From the sequence record PX068455.1: a DNA stretch of 64,000 nucleotides. One strand, given 5' to 3'. Positions 35,305 through 45,080 of this stretch are shown here, piece by piece (the first letter of the stretch is position 1; every line of letters begins with the position of its first letter). Source of the DNA: a phage. The notes under the pieces were generated by a model. The model saw nothing but the letters and a program-made list of their open reading frames with translations. It made no database searches and was not told the origin of the DNA. The translations under genes were made by a program, and so were the position numbers.

Positions 35305-36489
35305 TTAAGCTTTAGCCAAAATGGCGCTAAACTCTTCACCAAACTCTTTTACAATCTTCATCAGGTTTGGGTATGCTTTGATCAGCTGAGCAACGATCTT
35401 GTCACGACCTTTACCGATAAGCAAGGCATTTCCTAAGGCATTAGGTTTCATCATCGCCATAAAGACTGAAAATACAAAATCTCGGTTCTCGTCCTTGAAG
35501 TTTTCCCAAAGGAAATCGAGAAAGTTTGCCACACAGCTAACAAGATCTTCGTCGGAGATACTTGCATTTTCCATCATATTACGAATAGCGATGCAACCTT
35601 CAGATCCAAGAATCCACAAGATGTCTGGCTGTTTAGGACCTACGTATTCTTTGCAACCTCCTGCCATAATCCGACCGATTTCCGGTAAGTTGCGTTTCTT
35701 GGTGTGGTAAGTCCAGATCTCTACCGCTGCAGTGTGACCAATAGCACCTTGCAGAAGAACACGGGCCATAGCGTCAGAAATAATACCGCTGTCAAAATCG
35801 TGCAAGATATCAGATGCAGCAACCCAAGATCGCGGTGTGGCAAAAGATGGACAATTAATCTCAGCCATGGCCTCATAATTATCGATAGCTGATGGAACTC
35901 TTTTCAGATATCCAATTACAGAGGAGTGCACCCCATTAAGGAATGCGTAGTCCTCAATAAACACCTCTGCATTGCTTGTAACCTCTACAATGATAAAACG
36001 GTTAGCCAGAGGGGCTTCGAGCGCCGAAAGAACCGCACCATCTGTAGAACGGTTACCAGCAGCCACAAAAACAGACCCCTTAGGGAATGCATAAGTACCG
36101 CACTTGTGGTCAAGCATAATTTGCATTGCAACCTTTTGTAGGTAGTTATCTGCATGAGTGAGCTCATCCAGAAAGATAATTCCGCTCCAGTCAGGATCCG
36201 CAGGCCAAAATTCTGGAATTGCAAACACTGTACGTGTAGTTCCATCCGCTTCTACAGGGATAGGTAGCCCAGATAAGTCGGCAGGATCTTTATCTGACAG
36301 CCGCACGTCAACAAGGTTGTCATCTCGCTCACCGAACATATTATCAGCGATCTGCTTCATCACCTGGCTTTTACCTACACCCATTGGTCCCAAAATTAGG
36401 ACAGATCGGCTATGACGTTGGGCAAACTGAATAATAGCTGGCAACTCACGGACAGTGATTTGACCACTTTCGAATACGTTTCTTGACAT
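35305..36489 (-). CDS. AAA+ ATPase, MoxR-like (394 aa)
   Basis: Walker A GPMGVGKS; Walker B IIFLDELTHA; sensor-like AAGNRS. Confidence 0.75.
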   Translation of the reverse strand: MSRNVFESGQITVRELPAIIQFAQRHSRSVLILGPMGVGKSQVMKQIADNMFGERDDNLVDVRLSDKDPADLSGLPIPVEADGTTRTVFAIPEFWPADPDWSGIIFLDELTHADNYLQKVAMQIMLDHKCGTYAFPKGSVFVAAGNRSTDGAVLSALEAPLANRFIIVEVTSNAEVFIEDYAFLNGVHSSVIGYLKRVPSAIDNYEAMAEINCPSFATPRSWVAASDILHDFDSGIISDAMARVLLQGAIGHTAAVEIWTYHTKKRNLPEIGRIMAGGCKEYVGPKQPDILWILGSEGCIAIRNMMENASISDEDLVSCVANFLDFLWENFKDENRDFVFSVFMAMMKPNALGNALLIGKGRDKIVAQLIKAYPNLMKIVKEFGEEFSAILAKA

Positions 36490-36758
36490 TAGTAAAAGTC
36501 CTCTACTTGTGTGTAAGTGTTTTCAAAGTTTTCCAAAACAGATATCACATCGGATCTGTCAATATCATACGTGACTCTCCAGTTGTACGCAACCCTTTCT
36601 GCTGTTGCCTCTTCTGGCGCTAGTCGTCTGCTGGCATAAAAGAGTGTTGGAGTACACTTTCTTGCTTGCCCTCTAACTTTCCCATAATAATATCTGTGAA
36701 TATCTTTGTCAAAATTTAACTCTTTTTCTGCACGAAGTTCATATTGCTGGTATAACAT
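36489..36758 (-). CDS. hypothetical protein (89 aa)
   Basis: ORF track. Confidence 0.5.
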   Translation of the reverse strand: MLYQQYELRAEKELNFDKDIHRYYYGKVRGQARKCTPTLFYASRRLAPEEATAERVAYNWRVTYDIDRSDVISVLENFENTYTQVEDFY

Positions 36759-36802
36759 CTCTACTACTCCTTAAGCAGCATCCTTGCCGCCATTCCTGCC
36801 CA

Positions 36803-37183
36803 CTAAAATGCAGTCCGAATCCAGACAAGGTTCTTATCTGCCCAATCATAGAGGCAAGTCATTGCACTATTGAATTGCTCACACGGAGGATAATCTTCTT
36901 CCATCTGACGCATAGCAGAGCCTTGTGGGTAAAGCTCCCGTGCTGCAAACCACGCGTCGTAGTCATCAACGGTGTCGAAGTAGTATACAACATCCTCCAA
37001 CTCAGGATCGAACTTTGAACTATCAGGATCCAGTTGTTCAGGGAACTTGGAGCGTAACTTGCCAGCCACAATACTTGCCAACTCGCTAACATGCTTATTG
37101 TCCCACTCCATTAGCTTCCCGTCTTCAGTGATGCGTCCTAACCACTGATCATGAAGGTCAACTGTTGTCTTCCACCGGGCCAT
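36803..37183 (-). CDS. hypothetical protein (126 aa)
   Basis: ORF track. Confidence 0.5.
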   Translation of the reverse strand: MARWKTTVDLHDQWLGRITEDGKLMEWDNKHVSELASIVAGKLRSKFPEQLDPDSSKFDPELEDVVYYFDTVDDYDAWFAARELYPQGSAMRQMEEDYPPCEQFNSAMTCLYDWADKNLVWIRTAF

Positions 37184-37185
37184 TA

Positions 37186-37443
37186 TCAGTCCACCTCTTC
37201 TTCTCGTTGTAGTTCAAGATACCCGTAGGTCTGGACATCTTCAAGGGTGTGGAACTCCCCATCTGCCGCTAATGCACGAACAACTTGGCACAAAACCTTA
37301 TGAGGAACTTCATCCAGACCAAGATTCAGTGCAGGGAACACCTTATCTAAGTCAACAAAATAAATGAACTGTAGCTCACCAGCTTCAAAAGGTGTATCTT
37401 CAATAAACATCTTCTCGGCATTAGTCAAGATCTGCACTTTCAT
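37186..37443 (-). CDS. hypothetical protein (85 aa)
   Basis: ORF track. Confidence 0.5.
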   Translation of the reverse strand: MKVQILTNAEKMFIEDTPFEAGELQFIYFVDLDKVFPALNLGLDEVPHKVLCQVVRALAADGEFHTLEDVQTYGYLELQREEEVD

Positions 37444-37799
37444 TATTCTACCTCCTCTTCTTTTTCTTCGGCATTAGTTTCATGGCTACCCCACTCTGGA
37501 GTTTCCACCTCGATAGTAAACTCACGCACTACACGGTAATTGCCCATGAAGCGCTCCACTTCGTCAAGGCTTATGGAGAGGCCATTGGCAACCAGGTCTG
37601 CAGCACCCTCTTCTACCAGGTAGTCCAGATTGGCTTCCAGAGCTTCAGGTTCAAACCCTGTCAATGCAATCAGATAACCTTTCCCTTCATCAGGGAGGAC
37701 AATACATCCCAACTGATTTTCTTTAAAAAGGCAGTGACCATCATTATTGATTGGGTGTTCATTGCAGTAAATAGCTGCACGATAAGTAACTTTAGACAT
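37443..37799 (-). CDS. hypothetical protein (118 aa)
   Basis: ORF 37443..37820 trimmed to ATG with SD AGGAGA. Confidence 0.5.
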   Translation of the reverse strand: MSKVTYRAAIYCNEHPINNDGHCLFKENQLGCIVLPDEGKGYLIALTGFEPEALEANLDYLVEEGAADLVANGLSISLDEVERFMGNYRVVREFTIEVETPEWGSHETNAEEKEEEVE

Positions 37800-37812
37800 C
37801 GGCAAGGTCTCC

Positions 37813-38091
37813 TTAGGCAATTGTCATTTTACATTCTTGAAATTTTAACACAAGACGGTGATTGTGTCTAGTGTCTAAAAAGATTTTTTCAACCATCAGG
37901 CACACGGTATAACCGTCCATCTTGTTGACAACAAAATCTCCAGGGTAAGGGAGAGTGTCCCCTGGGCTGGGAAAGCATAACCCGCTCAGAAAGGCATCAT
38001 CGGTGGTGGACTTAATGGATTTCCACACACTATCTGCCTGAACATTCTCACCAACATAATATACACTACCACATGACTTCATCATAGTCAA
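37813..38091 (-). CDS. hypothetical protein (92 aa)
   Basis: ORF track. Confidence 0.5.
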   Translation of the reverse strand: MTMMKSCGSVYYVGENVQADSVWKSIKSTTDDAFLSGLCFPSPGDTLPYPGDFVVNKMDGYTVCLMVEKIFLDTRHNHRLVLKFQECKMTIA

Positions 38092-38987
38092 ATCTCCGCG
38101 TAAATTAAACTGGAATCAGTATACTTCTTTAATGGGTAAATATCCTGTCCATAGATGCAATCATTAAACACCTCATCTACCCAAAGGCTACGCTTATATC
38201 CCATCATTTCTAAAACACTCATCTCTTCTTCGGTAAACTTATCACCACTCTTGCAAGATGTCAATACCTCATTTTGAACTCTTGCTACCTCGAATCGGTT
38301 ATTGGCAATATCGCTATTGGCGATCAAATACTCACCTAGAGGGTGTGCGGCATTAAAGATGCACAGTGGACGGCTGACGTAATAGTCTCCGGGTGTATAA
38401 AAATTGTTGAGGTCTTTCACTAGAACATTCTTATCAGTCACTTCATTTATAACATCATGCATATCGCACATCTTTATATGTTTGAGGATTCCATCTCCCA
38501 TCACAAAATAAAAACTTGCTGAGACACTTTCGGCATAGATCTTACTAGATCCGTTGTAGTTGTATTTTACTCGGATGCTAACGGGGGTTTTTCCTGTCGC
38601 GTTAGCCATCATCCAAAGAAATGGCAGCTCATACTTCTCCTCTGAGGAAACAAAAGGTGAGGTAGCCAGAGATCGAAAACCTCCAGAGAAGTTGAAAGTT
38701 ACAGAACCGCTCCGGCGGTATGATACCGCGTATTCTACTTTTATATCGACGTACCCATTGGAATAGGTGTGTCCTTCATTATCTAAATATGTCCACTTAT
38801 CAGACCCAGATACCAATCTACGCTCAATAACCTTCATCACTACAGGAATTAGTGGGTTGGTACAAACCGCTTTTGAAGTAGCTTTATCATCTAAAGCCTC
38901 GTAAATTGCAGAAAGGATGTCCCCAGCTGAAAGATTGGTTGTTATGTCCTGTTTCCACCGCGTACTAAAACTGTTAAGATTTGCCAT
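38088..38987 (-). CDS. hypothetical protein (299 aa); first gene of minus operon at divergent junction
   Basis: ORF track; TTGACT-N17-TATAGT promoter upstream. Confidence 0.55.
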   Translation of the reverse strand: MANLNSFSTRWKQDITTNLSAGDILSAIYEALDDKATSKAVCTNPLIPVVMKVIERRLVSGSDKWTYLDNEGHTYSNGYVDIKVEYAVSYRRSGSVTFNFSGGFRSLATSPFVSSEEKYELPFLWMMANATGKTPVSIRVKYNYNGSSKIYAESVSASFYFVMGDGILKHIKMCDMHDVINEVTDKNVLVKDLNNFYTPGDYYVSRPLCIFNAAHPLGEYLIANSDIANNRFEVARVQNEVLTSCKSGDKFTEEEMSVLEMMGYKRSLWVDEVFNDCIYGQDIYPLKKYTDSSLIYAEI

Positions 38988-39027
38988 AAGTAAGTGCTCC
39001 TATGTTAGTTTTCTTTCGAATGGGTGC

Positions 39028-39056
39028 ACTATATTGTGGAGTTAGAGTAAAGTCAA
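39028..39056 (-). promoter_or_regulatory. sigma70-like promoter TTGACT-N17-TATAGT (divergent, minus)
   Basis: Read on minus strand upstream of the 38987 start. Confidence 0.5.
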
Positions 39057-39069
39057 CACGTTTTTGATG

Positions 39070-39098
39070 TTGACATCTGTTGAGACAATTGATACGAT
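39070..39098 (+). promoter_or_regulatory. sigma70-like promoter TTGACA-N17-TACGAT (divergent, plus)
   Basis: Read on plus strand upstream of the HNH gene. Confidence 0.45.
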
Positions 39099-39129
39099 TT
39101 CTTCACTTACAGAGCACGAGAGACGACGC

Positions 39130-39609
39130 ATGAATCTTGAAAAATATTATACACCAGAAGAGTTAGAGCGCTTGCTCAAAAAATATAGACGCAAACAGAA
39201 TAACGCACGGAAACGAGATATAGAGTTCGACCTGTCATGGGAAGAATACCTCCTATTTGGTAAAAAACTTTTAGGAGATGGAGTATGCGACTATACCCTT
39301 ATACCTTTTGACATGCACACAGATGAAAACGGGCTGGGGAATCCTTTCTACCCATCTTTGGAGCGTATAGATGATGAAGGTCCTTACGCAATTGACAATT
39401 GTTGTGTGGTAGGGTTGAGGTGCAATGCTCTGAAAGACTGTCTGGTAGATAAAAAGACTGCAATCCTGATTAAAGACAAAACTGATCGAAAAATTGTCCA
39501 GCAGATGATGCTCCACCTGAGTGAAGAGCGTATGGAGAAGTTGAAAGGTGATTATACTTTTGAAGATTTCATCTTGCAATACGGGACAGAAGAAGACAGA
39601 AGAAATTGA
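39130..39609 (+). CDS. HNH-family endonuclease-like protein (homing-endonuclease-like; 159 aa)
   Basis: ERIDDEGPYAIDNCCVVGLRCNALK resembles HNH_3-type motif; ORF 39064..39609 trimmed to first ATG downstream of promoter. Confidence 0.45.
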   Translation: MNLEKYYTPEELERLLKKYRRKQNNARKRDIEFDLSWEEYLLFGKKLLGDGVCDYTLIPFDMHTDENGLGNPFYPSLERIDDEGPYAIDNCCVVGLRCNALKDCLVDKKTAILIKDKTDRKIVQQMMLHLSEERMEKLKGDYTFEDFILQYGTEEDRRN

Positions 39610-39988
39610 AGAACAGACATCTGAAGAGGAAAAAGAGCCTCAGGTGGTTGAAGAGGAGATTGCAGAAGAGGTTCCTGCACTGCCTGATGATGTTGAGATT
39701 GCTAAGGCTTACACTTTCTATTGTCAAACGTTCTACGATGCAGGTATGAAAGTTGACCTGTCGTTCAGCCAATTTAAGAGTTCGTATATTCGCAAATGCT
39801 GTGCTTTAACTGGTGAACGTCTCGGAGCTGGACTTAAACCACTGTTGGTGACCGACTGGAATAAAGGTTTCACTAAAGGAAACTTTATGGTAGTATCTCC
39901 AATTATGGAGAAAGCTATGACAGATCTTATGAAGACCACCCGCATGACAATGACCGAGTTGGCAGGTATTTTCAAACACGTTAAATAA
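39548..39988 (+). CDS. hypothetical protein, acidic N-terminus; start uncertain
   Basis: ORF-track coordinates overlap HNH gene by 60 nt; true start probably downstream (GTG ~39653 or ATG ~39746). Confidence 0.35.
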   Translation: MIILLKISSCNTGQKKTEEIEEQTSEEEKEPQVVEEEIAEEVPALPDDVEIAKAYTFYCQTFYDAGMKVDLSFSQFKSSYIRKCCALTGERLGAGLKPLLVTDWNKGFTKGNFMVVSPIMEKAMTDLMKTTRMTMTELAGIFKHVK

Positions 39989-40021
39989 TGACAGGGGCCA
40001 TTGGCCCCTTCTGGAGTTTTA

Positions 40022-41482
40022 ATGGATAGCAGAAGTTCAGAAATCATTGCCTCACAGAAAGATGATGCCCTGAGAATGTTGCAGGCTGCACGTATGTATC
40101 TCCTTGAAAAGCTGCCGTTTTATGGCACACTGCTGTCAGGATTGCAGTTCGTAGAAAACCACACATGGTGCTCCACCATGGCAACCGACCATAAACGCAT
40201 CTATTACAGCCCTGAGTTCATTATGGGATTGGCTGATGAACGCAAGGTTATTCTTAAGGCTTCTCTAACTGACGAACAGTTTGAGATGGCTGAGGTTTTC
40301 TATTCCCTCAAATCTGTGAAAGAGGTGGCTTTTCTTCTGTCACACGAGGTGGGGCATATTATCTGTGATCACCTGGTCCGTGGTAAAAGCTTCGAGCCGG
40401 AACTGTTTAATATTGCTTGTGATCATGTTATCAACACAGGTCTTGTGGTTGACTTTAGCAAGCCTCCCTGTGTTTTCTTCCCGAAGGGGAAAAGCACTAC
40501 GTTCGTGAAAGGTAAGCCTTTTGGTTTCTTAGCCAGCTGCTACTGCGACATGAGGTTTCATGGATGGATTGCTGAGAACGTCTATGCGGTTCTTGATAAG
40601 CAAAGAGATCAGAATAACGGTAAAAGTAAGAGCGGTAAAGGTGAGAACTCTCAAGGGGATAAGCGACAAACCGATGATCACATGAGTGGGAACGGTGGCA
40701 CCAGCGATGATCTTGGAAAGGCTATGGGGTATGATCAGCCACAACCTGTAATCAGCCAATCTGATAAAGATCAGGCCATGCAAGACTCTGGTGACATGCT
40801 GGAAGCAGCAATGCAAGCTTCCGGAGGTCGTTGCCCCGAGGCGGTGCGTGAGTTTGTCAAGAACAGAGGTAAGCCTGTAATCAACTATATAGACATCATT
40901 AAGCAACGCATGTTGTCTAAACGAAAGGCCGAACTGACCTACAGAAAACCTGGTCGCCGATCTGGGTCTTTGACCAGCACAATGCGAAAAGTTGGGGCTA
41001 TAAACAAGAACCAGCACGTTATTGTTCCTGGTCGTAATCCGGAAAACACCATAGATATTGTGGTAGCTTTAGACGTTTCTGGCTCGATATCTCAAAGAAC
41101 TTTAAAGAAAATGTTCAATGAAATCACCGGATTGTGCAATCTGTATAAAGAGTTTAAGGTTACAATGTTCTGTTGGTCAACTGAAGTCGGAGAGGTTAAA
41201 GTATATACTCGCGGCAACATAGACGAAATGATCAACTATGAGGTCCACTCAACATGGGGCACAACAGCTGCTTGCGTGTTCGAGTATCTGGATGCCAACA
41301 TACCAAATGCAAAAGATGTCATCGTCCTGACCGACCTATACTTTGAGCATAACTTTGAACAAAAGGCTGTTGACAACAAGTGGAAAAAGTACGATACTTT
41401 ATGGGTTCTCACCGAAGGGTATAATAAAAATTATATCCCTAGCTTTGGTAAAACTGTGGAATTAATCGAGTACGCTAAGTAA
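40022..41482 (+). CDS. metallopeptidase-like plus VWA domain protein (DUF2201-like; 486 aa)
   Basis: HExxH motif LSHEVGHIICDH; MIDAS motif VVALDVSGSIS; ATG at residue 8 of ORF 40001..41482. Confidence 0.7.
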   Translation: MDSRSSEIIASQKDDALRMLQAARMYLLEKLPFYGTLLSGLQFVENHTWCSTMATDHKRIYYSPEFIMGLADERKVILKASLTDEQFEMAEVFYSLKSVKEVAFLLSHEVGHIICDHLVRGKSFEPELFNIACDHVINTGLVVDFSKPPCVFFPKGKSTTFVKGKPFGFLASCYCDMRFHGWIAENVYAVLDKQRDQNNGKSKSGKGENSQGDKRQTDDHMSGNGGTSDDLGKAMGYDQPQPVISQSDKDQAMQDSGDMLEAAMQASGGRCPEAVREFVKNRGKPVINYIDIIKQRMLSKRKAELTYRKPGRRSGSLTSTMRKVGAINKNQHVIVPGRNPENTIDIVVALDVSGSISQRTLKKMFNEITGLCNLYKEFKVTMFCWSTEVGEVKVYTRGNIDEMINYEVHSTWGTTAACVFEYLDANIPNAKDVIVLTDLYFEHNFEQKAVDNKWKKYDTLWVLTEGYNKNYIPSFGKTVELIEYAK

Positions 41483-41497
41483 GAGAGGATGTTATTT

Positions 41498-41755
41498 ATG
41501 GCAACAGAGGTAGTAATTAAAGCTGAACGCCCAGTTAAAAAAGCTATCAACACGTTCCCTGTGGGGACCATTGTGAGCATGATCACAGAGTCAGGTCGTG
41601 TATCTACGCTGCTGATTGTGAAATCTGCATGTTCTTCTTGTGTGTGGGCTTACGATCTGGACGAGAAAGAACTAAAAGATTTTGTTGGGGAGCTGAAAGC
41701 AACCGAGCTCGATGCTCGTATCGAAGTATTTGGTGAAACTATGGAGGAAGAGTAA
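41498..41755 (+). CDS. hypothetical protein (85 aa)
   Basis: ATG with SD GAGAGGA. Confidence 0.5.
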   Translation: MATEVVIKAERPVKKAINTFPVGTIVSMITESGRVSTLLIVKSACSSCVWAYDLDEKELKDFVGELKATELDARIEVFGETMEEE

Positions 41756-42018
41756 TGACCACGAAAATCACTATTGCAGAACCGAAAGCTAACACGCAAC
41801 CTATCGAAAAGTTTAAATGCGGCGAGGTGGTAACATTCACACCAGATAATGAAGATGCTAAGATTTTCGCAATGGTCACAGCTGAGTGGATGTGTGACAA
41901 CACCACACAGGTTCTGCGTTTTGACACCTATCTTACCGATGAAATCAGGAACGACAAGATTGTGACTGGTGTGGATACTGAGATTGTTTTCTACAAGAGC
42001 TTTTTAGAGGGTTTCTGA
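41755..42018 (+). CDS. hypothetical protein (87 aa)
   Basis: ORF track; coupled start. Confidence 0.5.
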   Translation: MTTKITIAEPKANTQPIEKFKCGEVVTFTPDNEDAKIFAMVTAEWMCDNTTQVLRFDTYLTDEIRNDKIVTGVDTEIVFYKSFLEGF

Positions 42019-42019
42019 T

Positions 42020-42253
42020 ATGGCAAAAATTCGAAAATTATCTAGCAATCAGGTTGTGAAAGACTTCGAATCTGGAGAGATTCTTTATGTTCGTGATGCA
42101 GATGACGAAGGTGAAGATCTCGTTATGTTGGTGGGGCACGCTGAGGACGGATGCATCCAAGCTGTTTTTCTTGAAACAGCTATGGTGCACTGGATAGAGC
42201 TGGACTTGAAAGCACGAAAACCTAAAGCAGAAATCCTGATTTACGAAGATTAA
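42020..42253 (+). CDS. hypothetical protein (77 aa)
   Basis: ORF track. Confidence 0.5.
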   Translation: MAKIRKLSSNQVVKDFESGEILYVRDADDEGEDLVMLVGHAEDGCIQAVFLETAMVHWIELDLKARKPKAEILIYED

Positions 42254-42269
42254 CAAAAAGGAGATAGCC

Positions 42270-42719
42270 GTGTTGAGCAAGCGTGAATGCGACAGCATTA
42301 GCCTGAATTCTTATAAGAAACAATGGTTTGGGGTAGAAGTTTGCCGACTGCGGCTAGGCTCCTACCTGAACTTCGTTTATTATGAGAGCGATAGTCGTAT
42401 CGTTTCTTATGAAGTGTTCTACACTAAGAACACCTTCGAACTGCGCCGTAAAGTGGATGGCGGGAGAACTACCGCTCAGAATAATTGGGAAACTATCCTA
42501 CCTACAGATGTTATAGGAAGTCCCCTGAATGTATCTGAAGATGAAAATCTTATGGTTCATGCTATGATGGGACTTGACAGCTTAGAGCTGGCAATCTATG
42601 ATATGTCCATCGAAGCAGTTAAGCTGGACTACATCGAAAACACTTTAGAGGAAGGTATCAAGAAGTTTCTCAGTGAGAAATTAAAAGACCACTTTCATAA
42701 GGAGCTATACCTGTTATGA
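42270..42719 (+). CDS. hypothetical protein (149 aa)
   Basis: GTG start 5 nt after SD AAGGAGA. Confidence 0.5.
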   Translation: MLSKRECDSISLNSYKKQWFGVEVCRLRLGSYLNFVYYESDSRIVSYEVFYTKNTFELRRKVDGGRTTAQNNWETILPTDVIGSPLNVSEDENLMVHAMMGLDSLELAIYDMSIEAVKLDYIENTLEEGIKKFLSEKLKDHFHKELYLL

Positions 42720-42961
42720 AGACCCGTAAAGAACGTAACAAAATTTTACCTGGAGCTCTCGAACACCTGATGAAGTGCAGATCTATTTGGCACTCTGCCA
42801 AGGAAGGGCAGAAGGTGGTTGTGGTTAGTGACAATACCAACCCGTTTGGAGATTATACCACTATGATGGCCCCGTATGTCCGTGATGGTGTTGTGGAAGT
42901 GGTCCCTTACAACGGTCTGCATGAACGGCACTTTGAAAGCACTTTGCTAGTGGAGCTATAG
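42716..42961 (+). CDS. hypothetical protein (81 aa)
   Basis: ORF track. Confidence 0.5.
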   Translation: MKTRKERNKILPGALEHLMKCRSIWHSAKEGQKVVVVSDNTNPFGDYTTMMAPYVRDGVVEVVPYNGLHERHFESTLLVEL

Positions 42962-42963
42962 TC

Positions 42964-43530
42964 ATGGCGGTCAATGTGGCTTACAACACAGGAAAGCTTG
43001 ACAGAGACATTGGGTGTCTTGTCCTTTCAGATACAGAAGAGTATTGGGGTTATGGGTTGCTGTCAGACCCACACCCGAGCAACCTTGTATCAACAGTGCT
43101 ATACCGCTACGACCCTGTGCCAACGGTACACGACAAAGACATTCACGACCTTCGGATCAAGTGTCTGGAAGATCTGCTGAACAATGGTTGCAATGATCTG
43201 AGGGTAGCCAAAGAGAAGCTTACAAACATTCACAAAGAGGAAGTGATGAGCACCCTCAGTAAGAGATCAGTGCACAAAAAGATGATGCTGAACTTTGCAA
43301 TGGGTATCTACATGGACGGGTATAAGGGAGGTGATCCGATTCTCAAGCTTCGCTGCCCAACACTGTGGGAAAGGGTGGTTGACAGTAAGGACGGCACTGC
43401 CCTGCTTGAGCTTCACACTGCAGGTTGGATATGGCGGTATGTTGATGGATACCCTCTATGGGCATGTGGGCCTGGGGAATTTGTTGACAGGCCTAGTGCG
43501 GTGGTGGACCTGCTATTGCAGTTTGAATAA
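42964..43530 (+). CDS. hypothetical protein (188 aa)
   Basis: ORF track. Confidence 0.5.
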   Translation: MAVNVAYNTGKLDRDIGCLVLSDTEEYWGYGLLSDPHPSNLVSTVLYRYDPVPTVHDKDIHDLRIKCLEDLLNNGCNDLRVAKEKLTNIHKEEVMSTLSKRSVHKKMMLNFAMGIYMDGYKGGDPILKLRCPTLWERVVDSKDGTALLELHTAGWIWRYVDGYPLWACGPGEFVDRPSAVVDLLLQFE

Positions 43531-43585
43531 AAGTGAGATATAAGGTGTTCATGCACCTACTAACAATACAACAAGAGAGACTGAG

Positions 43586-43861
43586 ATGACGAAAGAAGAA
43601 GCTGACGTATTAGACTTTGCACTGGAGGCTACGCAAGAGGCTCTGGTGTTAGCTTGGAAAATGAACCAGCGTGCTGCAGAATGCAACCGCCGAATCAATG
43701 AGATCCTGGGCATGTCTATGTATGATTTCACCATGCATGCTGGAGAGATTCCTGAATTAACTGCTGAGATGAATGATCTTGACGATAAAATTAATATCAT
43801 TCTGAAGACAGCAGAAACAACTCACCAAACCGCCCGTAAATTTATCAACGAGAAGGTGTGA
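43586..43861 (+). CDS. hypothetical protein (91 aa)
   Basis: ORF track. Confidence 0.5.
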   Translation: MTKEEADVLDFALEATQEALVLAWKMNQRAAECNRRINEILGMSMYDFTMHAGEIPELTAEMNDLDDKINIILKTAETTHQTARKFINEKV

Positions 43862-44328
43862 ATATGGACTACAGCTACTGCGGGGAAGAGGTCCCTTTTA
43901 ACTACAGCAATCTTACCACAAGCAATCCATATGAGACACGCCACGGCACACACATCATTGCCATTGACTTTGATGGAACATTTAATGCGAGTCCTTTCAT
44001 CTTCTCCCGCCTGATCAGGGACCTGAAGAAGGAGAGGTGGACAGTATACCTTGTGACTTTCCGATTCATTACTCAAGACAATGTGGACATTGAGTATTGG
44101 CGCAAGGAGCTTGATGTTGGTGTGTTTTATACTGGAGGTATTCAGAAGGCAGCCTATCTGGCGCAGTTTGATATCTACCCAGATATTTGGATTGATGATT
44201 CTCCGGCATGTATTCCGGCTAAAAATCAGTTAGAGTTTGCAATGAAGGAGATCGAGTATAAGTCTGAGGCTAAGCGGAACGGATGGCCTTTTATTATTGA
44301 AGATTACCCAGATCCTGAACCGGAGTAA
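43858..44328 (+). CDS. HAD-superfamily phosphatase-like protein (156 aa)
   Basis: HAD motif I IAIDFDGT; later IWIDDSP. Confidence 0.55.
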   Translation: MNMDYSYCGEEVPFNYSNLTTSNPYETRHGTHIIAIDFDGTFNASPFIFSRLIRDLKKERWTVYLVTFRFITQDNVDIEYWRKELDVGVFYTGGIQKAAYLAQFDIYPDIWIDDSPACIPAKNQLEFAMKEIEYKSEAKRNGWPFIIEDYPDPEPE

Positions 44329-44333
44329 GAGCC

Positions 44334-44504
44334 ATGAGGCGAAGATATCATTACCTGATGTGGAAGTTATATCATGGTGCTGCTAAAGCTTACCGCACCG
44401 TGTTTAGTAATGACAATCACTGCATTATGTTACGCCTTGCCGCCATTGGACATCACAATGAGTGGATTCGTGCAATCGTAATAGGTGACAAAGATTTTAA
44501 GTAA
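44334..44504 (+). CDS. small protein (56 aa), not in ORF track
   Basis: ATG after GGAG; MRRRYHYLMWKLYHGAAKAYRTVF... read manually. Confidence 0.35.
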   Translation: MRRRYHYLMWKLYHGAAKAYRTVFSNDNHCIMLRLAAIGHHNEWIRAIVIGDKDFK

Positions 44505-44534
44505 AGTATTGCTTTCTAGATGGAGACTGATTAA

Positions 44535-44915
44535 ATGTGCAAGTGTAAATCCTATAATTGGAAAGTGAAAGGTGCCAAGCATCAAAATGTTATCGTTGAT
44601 GTGCCTAAAAAGCTCCGTGACGGCAAAAAACGTGTGTGCCTTGATAAGTGCATGGCTAAGCCTATCATGAGTCTATGGGCGGCAGGATTGAAAACTCTAA
44701 ACTGCTGCTGTGGTCATAACAAAGATGTTCCAAGTATCATTATCCCAGAAGATGCAGACCCTAAAGCTTATGCAAAAATACTGACCCGCTACCCCAGCAC
44801 CTTCCTGATCGGAAAATGGTGTCACGATGAACTTCAATGGTGGGTAGCATACGGTAGTATAGGTACTGCTTTTGGCTTTCCAGCCCTGTCAGAGCGCTAC
44901 GTAAAAGTGTCATAA
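44535..44915 (+). CDS. cysteine-rich protein (126 aa)
   Basis: ORF track; CKCK..C..C..CCC pattern. Confidence 0.5.
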   Translation: MCKCKSYNWKVKGAKHQNVIVDVPKKLRDGKKRVCLDKCMAKPIMSLWAAGLKTLNCCCGHNKDVPSIIIPEDADPKAYAKILTRYPSTFLIGKWCHDELQWWVAYGSIGTAFGFPALSERYVKVS

Positions 44916-45080
44916 TCGATTTTAAGGCCTCAAACGAGGCCTGTGCCTTCATAAATTGTCCTACCCTATGTGATTACCCACCCTGAACAAAATACCTCTC
45001 CAAAATCGTTTAAAATTAAGCTTGACCCCAACATCAGATCTATGTATGATTACCTCACCAACCAAACAGAGGAGATCGTC

